From: Thermoplasmata archaeon
GTDB lineage: Archaea; Thermoplasmatota; Thermoplasmata; UBA10834
DNA length: 47,916 bases
Assembly: GCA_041550275.1 (NCBI GenBank)
Contig: JBFEPA010000001.1
Span: 1 to 47,916, forward strand
Direction of reading: 5' to 3'
The notes beneath the pieces are model-generated. The model had not been told where the DNA came from and searched no databases. It saw only the letters and a program-made list of their open reading frames with translations. Shown piece by piece: positions 1 to 8,802 of the stretch (position 1 is its first letter; each line of letters opens with the position of its first letter). Position numbers and translations under genes: made by a program.

Positions 1-21
1 CTCATTATGAGCCACTCCATC

Positions 22-125
22 GGAAGAAAATGAAAGGGGTTTGGCCCTTCGTGCAAATTCTATAGTGCTCTGATTGAAATATAGCCAGTCTCCCGAGTAT
101 GAATCCGGCTCCCTGCACGTCGCAC
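22..125 (+). repeat. Intergenic modular repeat unit, copy R1 (GA-rich tract, A-like, CTCTGATTGA, GCCAGTCTC, CTGCACGTCGCAC)
   Basis: Contains gctctgattga (67-77), gccagtctc (84-92) and ctgcacgtcgcac (113-125). The segment gtatgaatccggctc matches gtatagatccggctc in copy R4. Module order is the same as in R7, R8 and R9. Confidence 0.6.
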
Positions 126-267
126 CTCGGTCTAACCTGACACAAGTCCCCCTCGGGTCTAGCCCACACAGGACCGCAGCGCAAGGGGCGCGCGGCCGTC
201 GCAAGAGCCGCTCCGGGACGGCACCATTCTAATAGCCGCGACCATCATCACGTGGTGACGAGATATT

Positions 268-1188
268 ATGCCAGAGAAGCCATTGTTCATCCGACGTCTT
301 GAGCAGAATGATTGCTATGGAAGCGTCGTCTCAGCCAAGCATCTCGAAGAGCTCGGCGAGGAGATCAGGTCGTTGCACAACGAGGGGCTGCTCGACGAGG
401 ACTTCTACCGCGAATTTGAAGACCCCTATTTCACACCGACACTGCCTGAGAGCCTGCCAAATGCGAGGTCGATAATCGTCGTCGCGATGCCGCGGCCCAT
501 ATTACGCACGACTTTCCACTGGGAGGGCCATGAGGTGCGGGCTTCAGTCCCCCCGAACTACCCTGACACGGACAAGGTGGTCAGGCGAGCCAGACACGAA
601 TTAAGGAGAGCTTTCAAGCCAAGGCAGTACAAGCTCTTGAGGGCAGTGTTGCCAGTCAAGCTCCTTGCCGTCAGGAGTGGCCTGGCCAAGTACGGCAGGA
701 ACAACATCACATACATCCCGAAGTATGGCAGTTTCCACCAACTCACGGCGTTCTATTCCGACTACCGAAGCCCGATCGACAACTGGCAGGACAAAGAGGC
801 GCTTCCATTGTGTGCGAAGTGCAGTGCATGCATCAAGACCTGCCCGACCAACGCCATCGAGAAGAACAAGTTCCTAATCCGCGCTGAGAAGTGTCTGACA
901 TACCTGAACGAGAAGGAAGCTAAGCACGCGTTTCCCAAATGGGTAGATGCTTCGTCCCACAACTCTATCATCGGTTGCATGCGGTGTCAGAGGGCCTGTC
1001 CCTACGACAAGAATGTTGTCGATTGGTGCGAGGACCGAGGAGAGTTCAGCGAAGAGGAGACCGCATATCTTCTCAGGGGCAGGTTCGGAGGCGACAAGGC
1101 CGCGGTGATGCAGAAGAAGTTGAAGAGAATCGGCCTCGACCTGAGCATATTCCCAAGAAACTTGAAGGTTCTCTTGGACAGGGAGTGA
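268..1188 (+). CDS. 4Fe-4S double-cluster protein, epoxyqueuosine reductase (QueG)-like / reductive-dehalogenase-related
   Basis: 306-aa ORF with an ATG start. It has two ferredoxin-type motifs, CAKCSACIKTCP and CMRCQRACP, after an N-terminal domain typical of QueG-like proteins. Confidence 0.6.
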   Translation: MPEKPLFIRRLEQNDCYGSVVSAKHLEELGEEIRSLHNEGLLDEDFYREFEDPYFTPTLPESLPNARSIIVVAMPRPILRTTFHWEGHEVRASVPPNYPDTDKVVRRARHELRRAFKPRQYKLLRAVLPVKLLAVRSGLAKYGRNNITYIPKYGSFHQLTAFYSDYRSPIDNWQDKEALPLCAKCSACIKTCPTNAIEKNKFLIRAEKCLTYLNEKEAKHAFPKWVDASSHNSIIGCMRCQRACPYDKNVVDWCEDRGEFSEEETAYLLRGRFGGDKAAVMQKKLKRIGLDLSIFPRNLKVLLDRE

Positions 1189-1252
1189 TGATGGCCTCTA
1201 TTCGGAGAGACAGGGAGAACAAAGGGCACTGCGGAACCCGACTCGCAGAATA

Positions 1253-1378
1253 GATGATCTCGGGCACAGACAATCGGCTTCACACATGGCGCACCACGGC
1301 AAAGGCACTATTATTGCCTGGAGAAGAAGGGTGCGAAAAGAAGTCTAGCTCGATGCAAGAGCCCATTGATTGATGACA
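1253..1378 (+). repeat. Intergenic modular repeat, degenerate copy (B-like caatcggcttcacacatggcgcac, GA-rich tract, TCTAGCTCGATGC, cccattgattgatgac)
   Basis: gaagaagggtgcgaaaagaagtctagctcgatgc resembles gagaaggaggccgagaaggagtctagctcggtgc of R8. The B-like module lies upstream of it. Confidence 0.4.
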
Positions 1379-1401
1379 TGCTAAAGGGGGGCTTCCGCAG
1401 T

Positions 1402-2094
1402 CTACTCCTGCTTCACGCCAACGTCACGGAGCTTCAGGAAGGGATACGAGTTCCTGACCAGCTGCAGCTGGGCCTTCCTAAGATGCTCCCCAAAGGTCGA
1501 CCTAGAGACCCCCTCACCTCTAGCGACCCGGTCCATCCTGGTCTTCGCTGGTATCTCGAGGAGGCCGTTCTCGAAAGCCAGCACGAGTGCACGGACTTGC
1601 CGAGGCGTCAGACCTCCAAAGAAGTGAAGTGGTATCACGGAGAGATTATTGACCACGTCAAGATCCCCTCTGGACTGGTGAGATACAACCTGTACCTTTC
1701 CCGTCCGCTTCACCTCGGCGACGAAACGCTGAAGCGACGCTCTGCCAACCGACAAAACCCGGTGGGTCTCCCAGCCATTGAGATATGTCACCGGAGGAAT
1801 CAGCCAGACATCGCACTCGCCGGCGATGGACATGACTGACCCGTAATCTCCGCACGCGCACTTGCGCGAGATCGTGATGGCAGAGCGCCCGTCCTGGATC
1901 ATCTCTCGAGCGCTCAGCAGCTTCCTAGCCGCTTTCAGCATCTTCGGGAGTATGGAGGAATCCGAGGCGGATATCTGCAAAATCTCGTTTGAACCGTTGC
2001 ACCAGAGGACCATCTCCGCATCTGGAAAGGACGATGAGAAGTCGCAGAACGGGCACGGATGCTGTATCCTTAGTCGGGTGTCGAGAAGGCTCAC
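1402..2094 (-). CDS. HTH_10 (bacterio-opsin-activator-type) DNA-binding transcriptional regulator
   Basis: 230-aa ORF with a GTG start. The C-terminal stretch LTPRQVRALVLAFENGLLEIPAKTRMDRVARGEGVSRSTFGEHLRKAQ is the archaeal HTH_10 signature. The N-terminus is Cys-rich. Confidence 0.8.
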   Translation of the reverse strand: MSLLDTRLRIQHPCPFCDFSSSFPDAEMVLWCNGSNEILQISASDSSILPKMLKAARKLLSAREMIQDGRSAITISRKCACGDYGSVMSIAGECDVWLIPPVTYLNGWETHRVLSVGRASLQRFVAEVKRTGKVQVVSHQSRGDLDVVNNLSVIPLHFFGGLTPRQVRALVLAFENGLLEIPAKTRMDRVARGEGVSRSTFGEHLRKAQLQLVRNSYPFLKLRDVGVKQE

Positions 2095-2600
2095 AATCAG
2101 TCACATCACGCAGGACCTAAAAAACTTTTGCCGCCCCAAGGCGGCTCTCATATAGGCCCGGCCAAGGGAGGCAGAAGGCTTACTGGCTCGGTCGCGGTTC
2201 AACTGATAAGATGTCCCTGGACTTACTCCTAGCAGAGAGCTTTAGAAGATGGAAAGAGGACCGCGCCCCCATCGAGCTGAAACGATATGCGAGGCGCGAA
2301 TGGGGCGCAGAGACCTGCTTCCTTCACCTCCACAGTCGCTCCAAGCACCTGTCCTCTGGGCACTCCGTAGCCGTTGCCTTGTCTCGTATAGTGCAATCAT
2401 TGCTCGGCATCACTCGGAGCAGACCAGTGAATGAAAACAGGCCCCCCGCAAACAAGGTATCGGTCAGCAAGCCAGTTCATTCCACTGAGATTCCTAGTTC
2501 CAGTATCGCCTCTGAGGGTGTCAGCACGGGGCCGGCGGACCCACTAATCATTGGCTTGGGGGACAAGAAGAGTCGGACAGACGCAGAGTCCGCCCCCACA

Positions 2601-2750
2601 GCGATCCCACACACATCCGAAATCTAGCTCGGCGCCGATCCTCTGTGATCGAGATGAGCCATCCGCCCAGGGTTCGCATGTCGCACCCATGATAAAAGGC
2701 CGTAGGGGCGGAAGAGGCGACTTGTGATAGCAGAAGGCTTCTCGTCATCG
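2601..2750 (+). repeat. Intergenic modular repeat, copy R3 (two tandem units)
   Basis: Unit 1 reads aatctagctcggcgcc..cctctgtgatcgag..ccatccgccc..agggttcgcatgtcgcaccc. Unit 2 reads catgataaaaggccgtaggggcggaagaggc..cttgtgatagc..ctcgtcatcgag. The stretch cccatgataaaaggccgtaggggcggaagaggc matches R5 at 30 of 33 nt. Confidence 0.75.
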
Positions 2751-2789
2751 AGACTAGTCAAATCTCGACCGTTAGGATCACCGTTGCAC

Positions 2790-3674
2790 TCATCTGAGCC
2801 ACTTTCTGCGTCTCACGAGGACGACCACAACAGCACAAACAACGATTACGACTGCGGCGAATACTGCAATCAATACGCCCGGAACGACGAGTGAGTCCGT
2901 ATCGTCATCCCCATTCGGACCGCTGCTATCGTAAACCGGCACATCGTTGCCGACCAGCGAATTGGAATTCATGTCAATGTCATTGCACTCTGTCAGATAT
3001 ATCCCATATTGATTTCCCGCGATGTCATTCCCCGAAATCGATGAGTCCGACGTGCAGTTCAGGTACACTCCATACTCACTGTCAGATATGACATTGTCTG
3101 TTATCTGGACCTGCTCGCAAAGGTGAGAGTACACTCCATGTCTCGAGCCGTTGATCTCGTTGAGCTCAATATCGATGTATTCGGAAGCCACCGCATAGAC
3201 ACCGGAGAAGGAGTTGTTTATGATAGTGTTGTTCTTGATAGTCACACTGACCGTGGTGTTGAGTGTAATCCCATCATTGTTATCGGCCAACACTGAATCC
3301 TCGATCCATGCGTTCCTGACATTTGACAGCCAAATCCCGTTGTACAGCGCCCCTCCCGTTTCGACACGCACATTCCGGATTTTGAAATGGGCGTCTGTGT
3401 GGCTGATCTGTATGCCCCCTGCAGATCCGGCAGCCAGGGAGGCATTGATGATCCAACCTTCGATTATGTAAGGGTCTTCTTCAGTACCCTGCCCTCCCGT
3501 GACGCCGTTCTCGGCGACAAAGCCAGAGTCATCATCTATCTGAATCACATCGTGCGGCGTGTAGGTTTGAACCGCTTCAGCAGGGGTTGTCGATAGAGAA
3601 GTTCCTGCTAGAGGTAGAAAGAATATTACAGCGATTGCCCCGGTAATCCTCAATCTCATAGCCATTCGAACCAC
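2790..3674 (-). CDS. Secreted right-handed parallel beta-helix repeat protein (NosD-like) with C-terminal membrane anchor
   Basis: 294 aa. It has an N-terminal signal sequence and repeated motifs of the type NN.I.GI.L / N.I..N..GIYL. The C-terminal hydrophobic helix is followed by RRRKWLR. The start is GTG at 3674, with an alternative ATG at 3665. Confidence 0.75.
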   Translation of the reverse strand: MVRMAMRLRITGAIAVIFFLPLAGTSLSTTPAEAVQTYTPHDVIQIDDDSGFVAENGVTGGQGTEEDPYIIEGWIINASLAAGSAGGIQISHTDAHFKIRNVRVETGGALYNGIWLSNVRNAWIEDSVLADNNDGITLNTTVSVTIKNNTIINNSFSGVYAVASEYIDIELNEINGSRHGVYSHLCEQVQITDNVISDSEYGVYLNCTSDSSISGNDIAGNQYGIYLTECNDIDMNSNSLVGNDVPVYDSSGPNGDDDTDSLVVPGVLIAVFAAVVIVVCAVVVVLVRRRKWLR

Positions 3675-3760
3675 AATGGAATCTCACCGTTTGCACCCTA
3701 CTTATACCTTGTCTTGTCCCTGCTACCTGACCTACTGACACGAGGGAATGAATCGCCAAG

Positions 3761-3849
3761 AAAGAAGCTGATAAGGAGTTTAGCTCGGTGCTAAAATCGC
3801 GAAATCTAAATCTGACCAGTCATCCAAGTATAGATCCGGCTCAACCCAC
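3761..3849 (+). repeat. Intergenic modular repeat, copy R4
   Basis: ggagtttagctcggtgctaaaatcgcgaaatctaaatctgaccagtcatcc is about 85% identical to R6 over roughly 50 nt. The tail gtatagatccggctcaacccac matches R1 and runs across the VIT1 stop codon at 3841-3843. Confidence 0.75.
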
Positions 3850-4572
3850 TAGAAGATGAACTATTCTACCGAACAGAAACCCCAGACCGCACGATATTCC
3901 CCCGATTGCCAAAGTCTCCAGTCCACTTACCAGCCTAGGCATCTTGGTAAGCTTCGTCTTCCATATCCCTAGCAAGAACAGGAAGGCAAGAATCGTGGCC
4001 GCGCTAACCAAAAGCGCGCTCTCAGGCGTTGACATTATGAAGAACGGCAGTATTGCGGGAAACGCTCCGACCAGAAAGGATAGCGATGCAATGGCGCCGA
4101 TCCTCCAAGGGTCATCAATCTGTCCCGGCGATATGCCAATCTCTTCCTGAACCATGAACTTCAGCCACAGTTTCTTATCGCTCGTGATCCTTTTAACCGC
4201 CGTATCCTGCTCCTCTGCAGAGAAACCGTATTCCTCGAAGATCTCGCGAATCTCTTGAGTTTCCTTCTCAGGCATCTCCTCGATCTCCTGAGTTTCCCTT
4301 CGCACTTGACTTTCGAAGAAATCCTTCTGCGCCTTCGTCGAGATGAAAGCACCGAAGAATATCGCTATAGCGCCTGCAGAAATCTGAGCCATACCAGCCA
4401 ATACTATGCTGTCATTTGTTTCCACGAGGGCAGAGACACCCGCGAGGAAGGCGACCGTCGTTATAAGACCAGTATCGATGGCATAGACGATATCTCGTAT
4501 CAACCGTCCCCGCGGCGTATGCCAGTCCTCTCCATGCCAAGCTTTGAGCCGATCTTGCTTACCGACCACCAT
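3841..4572 (-). CDS. VIT1/CCC1-family iron/manganese transporter
   Basis: 243 aa. It has an N-terminal cytosolic segment, TM helices ([15 protein letters not shown]..), a central acidic helical insert ([24 protein letters not shown]) and three C-terminal TM helices, which is the typical VIT family layout. Confidence 0.85.
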   Translation of the reverse strand: MVVGKQDRLKAWHGEDWHTPRGRLIRDIVYAIDTGLITTVAFLAGVSALVETNDSIVLAGMAQISAGAIAIFFGAFISTKAQKDFFESQVRRETQEIEEMPEKETQEIREIFEEYGFSAEEQDTAVKRITSDKKLWLKFMVQEEIGISPGQIDDPWRIGAIASLSFLVGAFPAILPFFIMSTPESALLVSAATILAFLFLLGIWKTKLTKMPRLVSGLETLAIGGISCGLGFLFGRIVHLLVG

Positions 4573-4771
4573 ACGCTATTCCATCTCTGCAACGACGTCG
4601 ACAAAGAAATCACTTTCCACGAACAAGCGTCTAAGGAAACCGCTTGGCGGGATTGCGAAGCGTCCGAGGATGGCCGTTAGATTTCCATCGGAGACCACGA
4701 ACGAAAATGCATGTCGCAACCACTTAATATCAACTACGCGATTGGTGATTGAGCACCTGGAGGGATCAGCC
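4573..4771. promoter_or_regulatory. Divergent control region between the VIT1 and catalase genes; candidate TATA box ttaatat at 4724-4730 and SD ggaggg at 4759-4764 for catalase
   Basis: An A/T-rich heptamer lies about 45 nt upstream of the catalase ATG, and GGAGGG lies 8 nt upstream of it. The region also holds a degenerate repeat-unit fragment (aaaatgcatgtcgcaacc, 4704-4721). Confidence 0.35.
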
Positions 4772-6301
4772 ATGGGTGGTGATGGAAAAACGAAGAGACT
4801 CACAAGGGCATTCGGCATGCCCGTTGGGGATGACCAGAACAGCAAGACCGCTGGAGAGAGAGGGCCCGTTCTCATCGAGGATGTTCATTTGCTTGAGAAG
4901 CTGGGGCACTTCGACCGCGAACGTATCCCAGAGCGCGTTGTGCATGCGAAAGGTGCGGGCGCAGGCGGATACTTCGAGGTCACCGCGGATGTCACGAAGT
5001 ACACGAAGGCGAAGTTCCTCTCCCAGGTCGGTAAGCGAACGGATGTGTTCGTCAGGTTCTCGACCGTTGGCGGGGAGAAGGGGTCTGCGGATTCAGAGCG
5101 CGACCCACGAGGTTTCGCCATCAAGTTCTACACGGAGGAAGGAAACTACGACCTGGTGGGCAACAACACACCGGTCTTCTTCATCCGAGACCCGATGAAG
5201 TTCCCGGACTTCATACACACTCAGAAACGGAACCCCGGTACCAATCTCAAGGATCCAGACGCATTCTGGGATTTCCTGTCACTCACGCCGGAATCGATCC
5301 ACCAAGTCACCATATTGTTCTCCGACCGCGGCATTCCCGCGACGTACCGGAACATGAATGGGTACAGCAGTCATACGTACAAGTGGTACAACAAGAACGG
5401 TGAATACTACTGGGTGCAGTACCACTTCAAGACTGACCAGGGAATAAAGAACCTCACTAGAGAGGAGGCGGATGTCATGCGAGGCAGGGACCCTGATCAC
5501 GCGACGAGGGATTTGTACGACGCGATAGCTCGGGGAGACCACCCATCCTGGACCCTCGAGATGCAGATAATGACCCCCGAGCAGGCGAAGGACTACCGTT
5601 TCGACATACTGGACATAACCAAGGTCTGGCCACACGCAGATTTTCCTCCAATCAAGATCGGGAAGATGGTGCTAAACCGCAACCCCGTCAACTATTTCGC
5701 TGAGGTCGAGCAGGCGGCGTTCTCGCCCAGCAACCTGGTGCCGGGCATAGCGGCTTCGCCGGACAAGATGCTCCAGGCGCGCCTATTCTCATATCACGAC
5801 ACGCACATCCACAGGCTGGGACCGAACTACCATCTGATACCGGTGAACGCGCCGAGGAACTCGCCGGAGCAGAGCTATCAGCGCGATGGATTCATGCGGA
5901 CCGATTCGAACGGAGGCGGAGGCCCAAACTACTGGCCGAACAGCTTCAACGGGCCAGAACCGGACATCTCTGCAAAGGAGCCTTTGTTCGACATCTCCGG
6001 AAAGGCGGGGCATCACCCCTACTCGCACCTGAACAGCGATTTTGTCCAGCCTGGCAACCTATACAGGAATGTGATGACGGAAGGAGACCGCGAGAACCTG
6101 GTGGGCAACATAGTGAGCCATCTGAGCGGAGCGCAGAAGCGCATACAGGTTCGACAGACCGCGCTGTTCTTCAAGGCAGACCTGGACTACGGCCAACGAG
6201 TAGCAGAGGGGCTAGGTCTTGACGCGAAGGAAGTCGAGCAACTATCGCGAGGGATTGGCAGAAATCCCACGGGAAATGGCGATGAATTGCCGAGATTGTG
6301 A
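4772..6301 (+). CDS. katE: Monofunctional heme catalase
   Basis: 509 aa from the ATG at 4772. Classic catalase motifs are present: [70 protein letters not shown] and [20 protein letters not shown]. The upstream part of the ORF (4544-4771) overlaps the VIT1 start and shows no catalase similarity. Confidence 0.97.
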   Translation: MGGDGKTKRLTRAFGMPVGDDQNSKTAGERGPVLIEDVHLLEKLGHFDRERIPERVVHAKGAGAGGYFEVTADVTKYTKAKFLSQVGKRTDVFVRFSTVGGEKGSADSERDPRGFAIKFYTEEGNYDLVGNNTPVFFIRDPMKFPDFIHTQKRNPGTNLKDPDAFWDFLSLTPESIHQVTILFSDRGIPATYRNMNGYSSHTYKWYNKNGEYYWVQYHFKTDQGIKNLTREEADVMRGRDPDHATRDLYDAIARGDHPSWTLEMQIMTPEQAKDYRFDILDITKVWPHADFPPIKIGKMVLNRNPVNYFAEVEQAAFSPSNLVPGIAASPDKMLQARLFSYHDTHIHRLGPNYHLIPVNAPRNSPEQSYQRDGFMRTDSNGGGGPNYWPNSFNGPEPDISAKEPLFDISGKAGHHPYSHLNSDFVQPGNLYRNVMTEGDRENLVGNIVSHLSGAQKRIQVRQTALFFKADLDYGQRVAEGLGLDAKEVEQLSRGIGRNPTGNGDELPRL

Positions 6302-6465
6302 CGTTGACGACGATTCGACATAGCTTCATCCCTCGCGAAGTCGCCTGATGGATGTTGGTCTTTAGGCAAACTGGTCACGCTAATATACCCCGTAACTCTG
6401 TACCCTTTTCGGAGGGGAGAGGCGATGTCGAGATGCCATATCTTTTCCAGTTGGAGGTACAGAGG

Positions 6466-7623
6466 ATGTCACGTAGAACGAATGGAATGTGTCTTGTAGC
6501 ATCCGTAGCAGCTGTCCTGCTAATACCGGGACTATGTGTGACTCCGAACGCAAGCGGAGAAACTGTGGTCTCATGGACCTTTGCAGTGTACATGAGCGTT
6601 GACAACGATCTTGAGGACGACTGGGAAAGTGCGAGCCTGCCATCATTGCTGAGCATACCAGCAAATCCAGACATCAGAATTGCCGTTATGGTGGACTGTC
6701 TGGAAACCGATGGGACAGAACTCCTTGAGATTTCCGGCGACAGCTATCAGGTTGTCAATACATACCCTGAGATGAATTTTGGAGACGGAGCTACCTTCAG
6801 TTGGTTCATCAGTGAAGTCTCAACCCTATACCCCTCTGAGAAGCTGTCTGTTACGGCTTCAGATCACGGCTCGGGATGGAAGGAATTCAGTTATGACCAG
6901 ACATCCGGAGACGAAATCCGAATGCCAGAAATGAAGGCCGCAATCGAGGATGCAGGTGTGTTCATTGACATTCTGTCGTTCGACGCTTGTCTGATGGGGA
7001 GCATCGAAGTGGCCTACGAAGCGTACACCACCGGTCTGGTCCACTACATGGTCGGTTCTGAGGAATCAGTCCCGCTGGATGGATTTCCCTACGATGACAT
7101 GCTGACTTCAGCAGCCTTGGACCCGACAAGAACCCCGGCGCAGGTGGCAGTCGACATGGTAGAGGGATATGGACAGCATTACGATCAGACCTCGGCCATG
7201 AGCGTAACCCTTTCGGCAGTGGATGTTCTGAGCATTGGCCAGTCAACGGCAACATTCCAGACGTGGTGCGGTTTGATGCATGACAATCTCGGTGTCTATG
7301 GGAGGGTCTACAAGGACGCTTTGAAGAAGGCCTACATCGCGTTTGGGACGATGAACTACGTGGACATGGCGGATCTCGGAGATACCCTTCTGGCCGACAG
7401 CCGGTTCTCTGACTCTGTCCTAAGGAGCGCGACCACAGGTATGGTAGCCGCGATTGACAGCGCGGTCATCGCCATCTACGCGAATCCAGATTGCCCAGAT
7501 AGCAGAGGATTGACCCTGTATTGGGCAACAAAAGGCGAGTGGCGCTACTTCGGAGCCAACTACGCAGATGTGCAGTTTGCCATCGATATGGGCTGGGCCG
7601 ATTTTCTGGCAGACTACAACTGA
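6466..7623 (+). CDS. Secreted clostripain-like cysteine peptidase (family C11)
   Basis: 385 aa from the ATG at 6466, with an SD ggagg upstream. A signal peptide is present. WTFAVYMSVDNDLE, the His motif SDHGSGW and the Cys motif SFDACLMGS match the C11 catalytic dyad context. Confidence 0.8.
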   Translation: MSRRTNGMCLVASVAAVLLIPGLCVTPNASGETVVSWTFAVYMSVDNDLEDDWESASLPSLLSIPANPDIRIAVMVDCLETDGTELLEISGDSYQVVNTYPEMNFGDGATFSWFISEVSTLYPSEKLSVTASDHGSGWKEFSYDQTSGDEIRMPEMKAAIEDAGVFIDILSFDACLMGSIEVAYEAYTTGLVHYMVGSEESVPLDGFPYDDMLTSAALDPTRTPAQVAVDMVEGYGQHYDQTSAMSVTLSAVDVLSIGQSTATFQTWCGLMHDNLGVYGRVYKDALKKAYIAFGTMNYVDMADLGDTLLADSRFSDSVLRSATTGMVAAIDSAVIAIYANPDCPDSRGLTLYWATKGEWRYFGANYADVQFAIDMGWADFLADYN

Positions 7624-7640
7624 GAGCGTTCAGACTTCCA

Positions 7641-7663
7641 CGCCCGTCCTGCTCGGACGGGCG
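7641..7663 (+). terminator. Perfect 9-bp stem hairpin (cgcccgtcc-tgctc-ggacgggcg) followed by a T-rich tract, 18 nt after the C11 peptidase stop
   Basis: The inverted repeat 7641-7649 / 7655-7663 can be read directly. caatttctattctc follows it. Confidence 0.55.
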
Positions 7664-7740
7664 CAATTTCTATTCTCACGTGATTGCGGAGATCTTGCCG
7701 TCGAGACAGAGATTTGAGACCGGCATAAGGATAGAATAAG

Positions 7741-7926
7741 GGTTAGCAAGGAGTCCGGCTAGGCGCAGAAGCCCTCTGATTGACAACCAGCTAGTGTTCG
7801 GGTTTCATTTACGGAGTTCTTCCCAACCCACCAGACCTCGCCCATGAGAAAAGGCCATAGGGGCGGAAGGGCATTCCGTACTTGTCGAAATGTCGATCCT
7901 CAGTATATTGAGCGCGAGTCCAGACC
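7741..7926 (+). repeat. Intergenic modular repeat, copy R5 (two tandem units)
   Basis: Unit 1 reads caaggagtccggctaggcgc..ccctctgattga..ccagctagtg..gggtttcatttacgg. Unit 2 reads cccatgagaaaaggccataggggcggaagggc..cttgtcgaaatg..tcgatcctc..agtatattgagcg. Confidence 0.7.
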
Positions 7927-7971
7927 TATAGATGTAGCAAGACAACCCTGATGAAGTAGGAGAGACATACG

Positions 7972-8502
7972 ATGAATAATATGTTGACAAGTGAAGTGCA
8001 GGCGCAACCGGCTTCAAGAACAAGGAGAATCCTTGTAGCCTACTTCTCGTGGTCCGGCAACACGCGTGAGATTGCCAATCAGATTCACAAGATCGTCGGC
8101 GGCAATCTCTTCGAAATCGTGAGCGTGGACAAGTATCCCAGCGATTACGACGAGACTGTGAAACAGGCAAGAAAGGAACTTGAGACAGGTTGCAGGCCTC
8201 AGCTGGTATCGGAAGTCGAGGACATCGAATCTTACAACGTGGTCTTCATCGGCTATCCTAACTGGTGTGAAACGATACCCGCGCCAGTGGCATCGTTCCT
8301 GTCAAAGTGCGATTCCACTGAGAAGACCATCGCACCGTTCTGCACGCACGGCGGAGACCGTCTGGGGAGAAGCGTCGAGGACATCGCCAGGCTATGCCAG
8401 CGGTCCACAGTCCTGGAAGGTCTTGCGGTCCGGGGTAGCGAAGTGAGGAACGCGCAAGGCAGAGTATCCGAGTGGCTGCGCAGAACTGGAGTGGCGGAAT
8501 AG
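7972..8502 (+). CDS. Flavodoxin-family protein
   Basis: 176 aa. RILVAYFSWSGNTREIA is the flavodoxin FMN-loop context. A later stretch reads YNVVFIGYPNW..APFCTHGG. An SD aggag lies upstream. Confidence 0.85.
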   Translation: MNNMLTSEVQAQPASRTRRILVAYFSWSGNTREIANQIHKIVGGNLFEIVSVDKYPSDYDETVKQARKELETGCRPQLVSEVEDIESYNVVFIGYPNWCETIPAPVASFLSKCDSTEKTIAPFCTHGGDRLGRSVEDIARLCQRSTVLEGLAVRGSEVRNAQGRVSEWLRRTGVAE

Positions 8503-8554
8503 GCAACTATTTTATCAGCAGAAAATCGACTAGATGCCATGGCCCTCTGTGAGA

Positions 8555-8652
8555 GCGGGAAAGAGTGAGAAGGGATTTAGCTCGGTGCTAAGATCGCGAA
8601 ATTAAAACCTGGCTAGTCATCTCGTCTCAGAGTCGATTCGTGCACATGGCTC
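8555..8652 (+). repeat. Intergenic modular repeat, copy R6
   Basis: gggatttagctcggtgctaagatcgcgaaattaaaacctggctagtcatctcg matches R4 at about 85%. The tail gattcgtgcacatggctc resembles the B module. Confidence 0.75.
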
Positions 8653-8802
8653 AAGGATTCGTAGGATGTTGAATCTCATCTATCCTAGGACACGTCACCA
8701 GTGCGTTCTGCAGGTTTGAAGAATGGTTGGTGTGGACCATCATCTAAAGGGGGAAAAATGATTAGCTAGGGTTGCGATTGACTAGCGAGGAAGTGGCGAG
8801 AT

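Noticed and set aside
2150-2190. SRP RNA or RNase P RNA motifs (aggcccggccaagggaggcag; cagaaggcttac)
   Set aside because: These are only short partial resemblances. There is no GNAR tetraloop context and no GAAAGTCC-type CR-I element. The segment aligns better to the intergenic repeat unit.
2211-2627. 138-aa ORF in the long spacer
   Set aside because: The sequence is low-complexity and has no recognisable motif. It lies inside tandem repeat units and stops at the TAG of a repeat module, so it is likely non-coding. This remains unproven.
2623-2690. tRNA or tRNA-derived element, suggested by TAGCTCGG (D-loop-like) and GGTTCGCATGTCGCACCCA (T-arm-like) in the repeat unit
   Set aside because: I could not fold any copy into a cloverleaf. 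There is no acceptor-stem complementarity, no GAGC partner at the correct spacing and no 7-nt anticodon loop. The GGTTCGCA module is a direct repeat (TCGCA twice), not a stem.
4544-4771. N-terminal extension of the catalase ORF (585-aa version)
   Set aside because: The extension overlaps the VIT1 start on the other strand and has no catalase-like sequence. An ATG at 4772 preceded by GGAGGG gives a normal 509-aa catalase.
6352-6465. Upstream extension of the C11 peptidase ORF
   Set aside because: The internal ATG at 6466 is preceded by GGAGG and is immediately followed by a canonical signal peptide. The extension adds 38 residues with no hydrophobic character.
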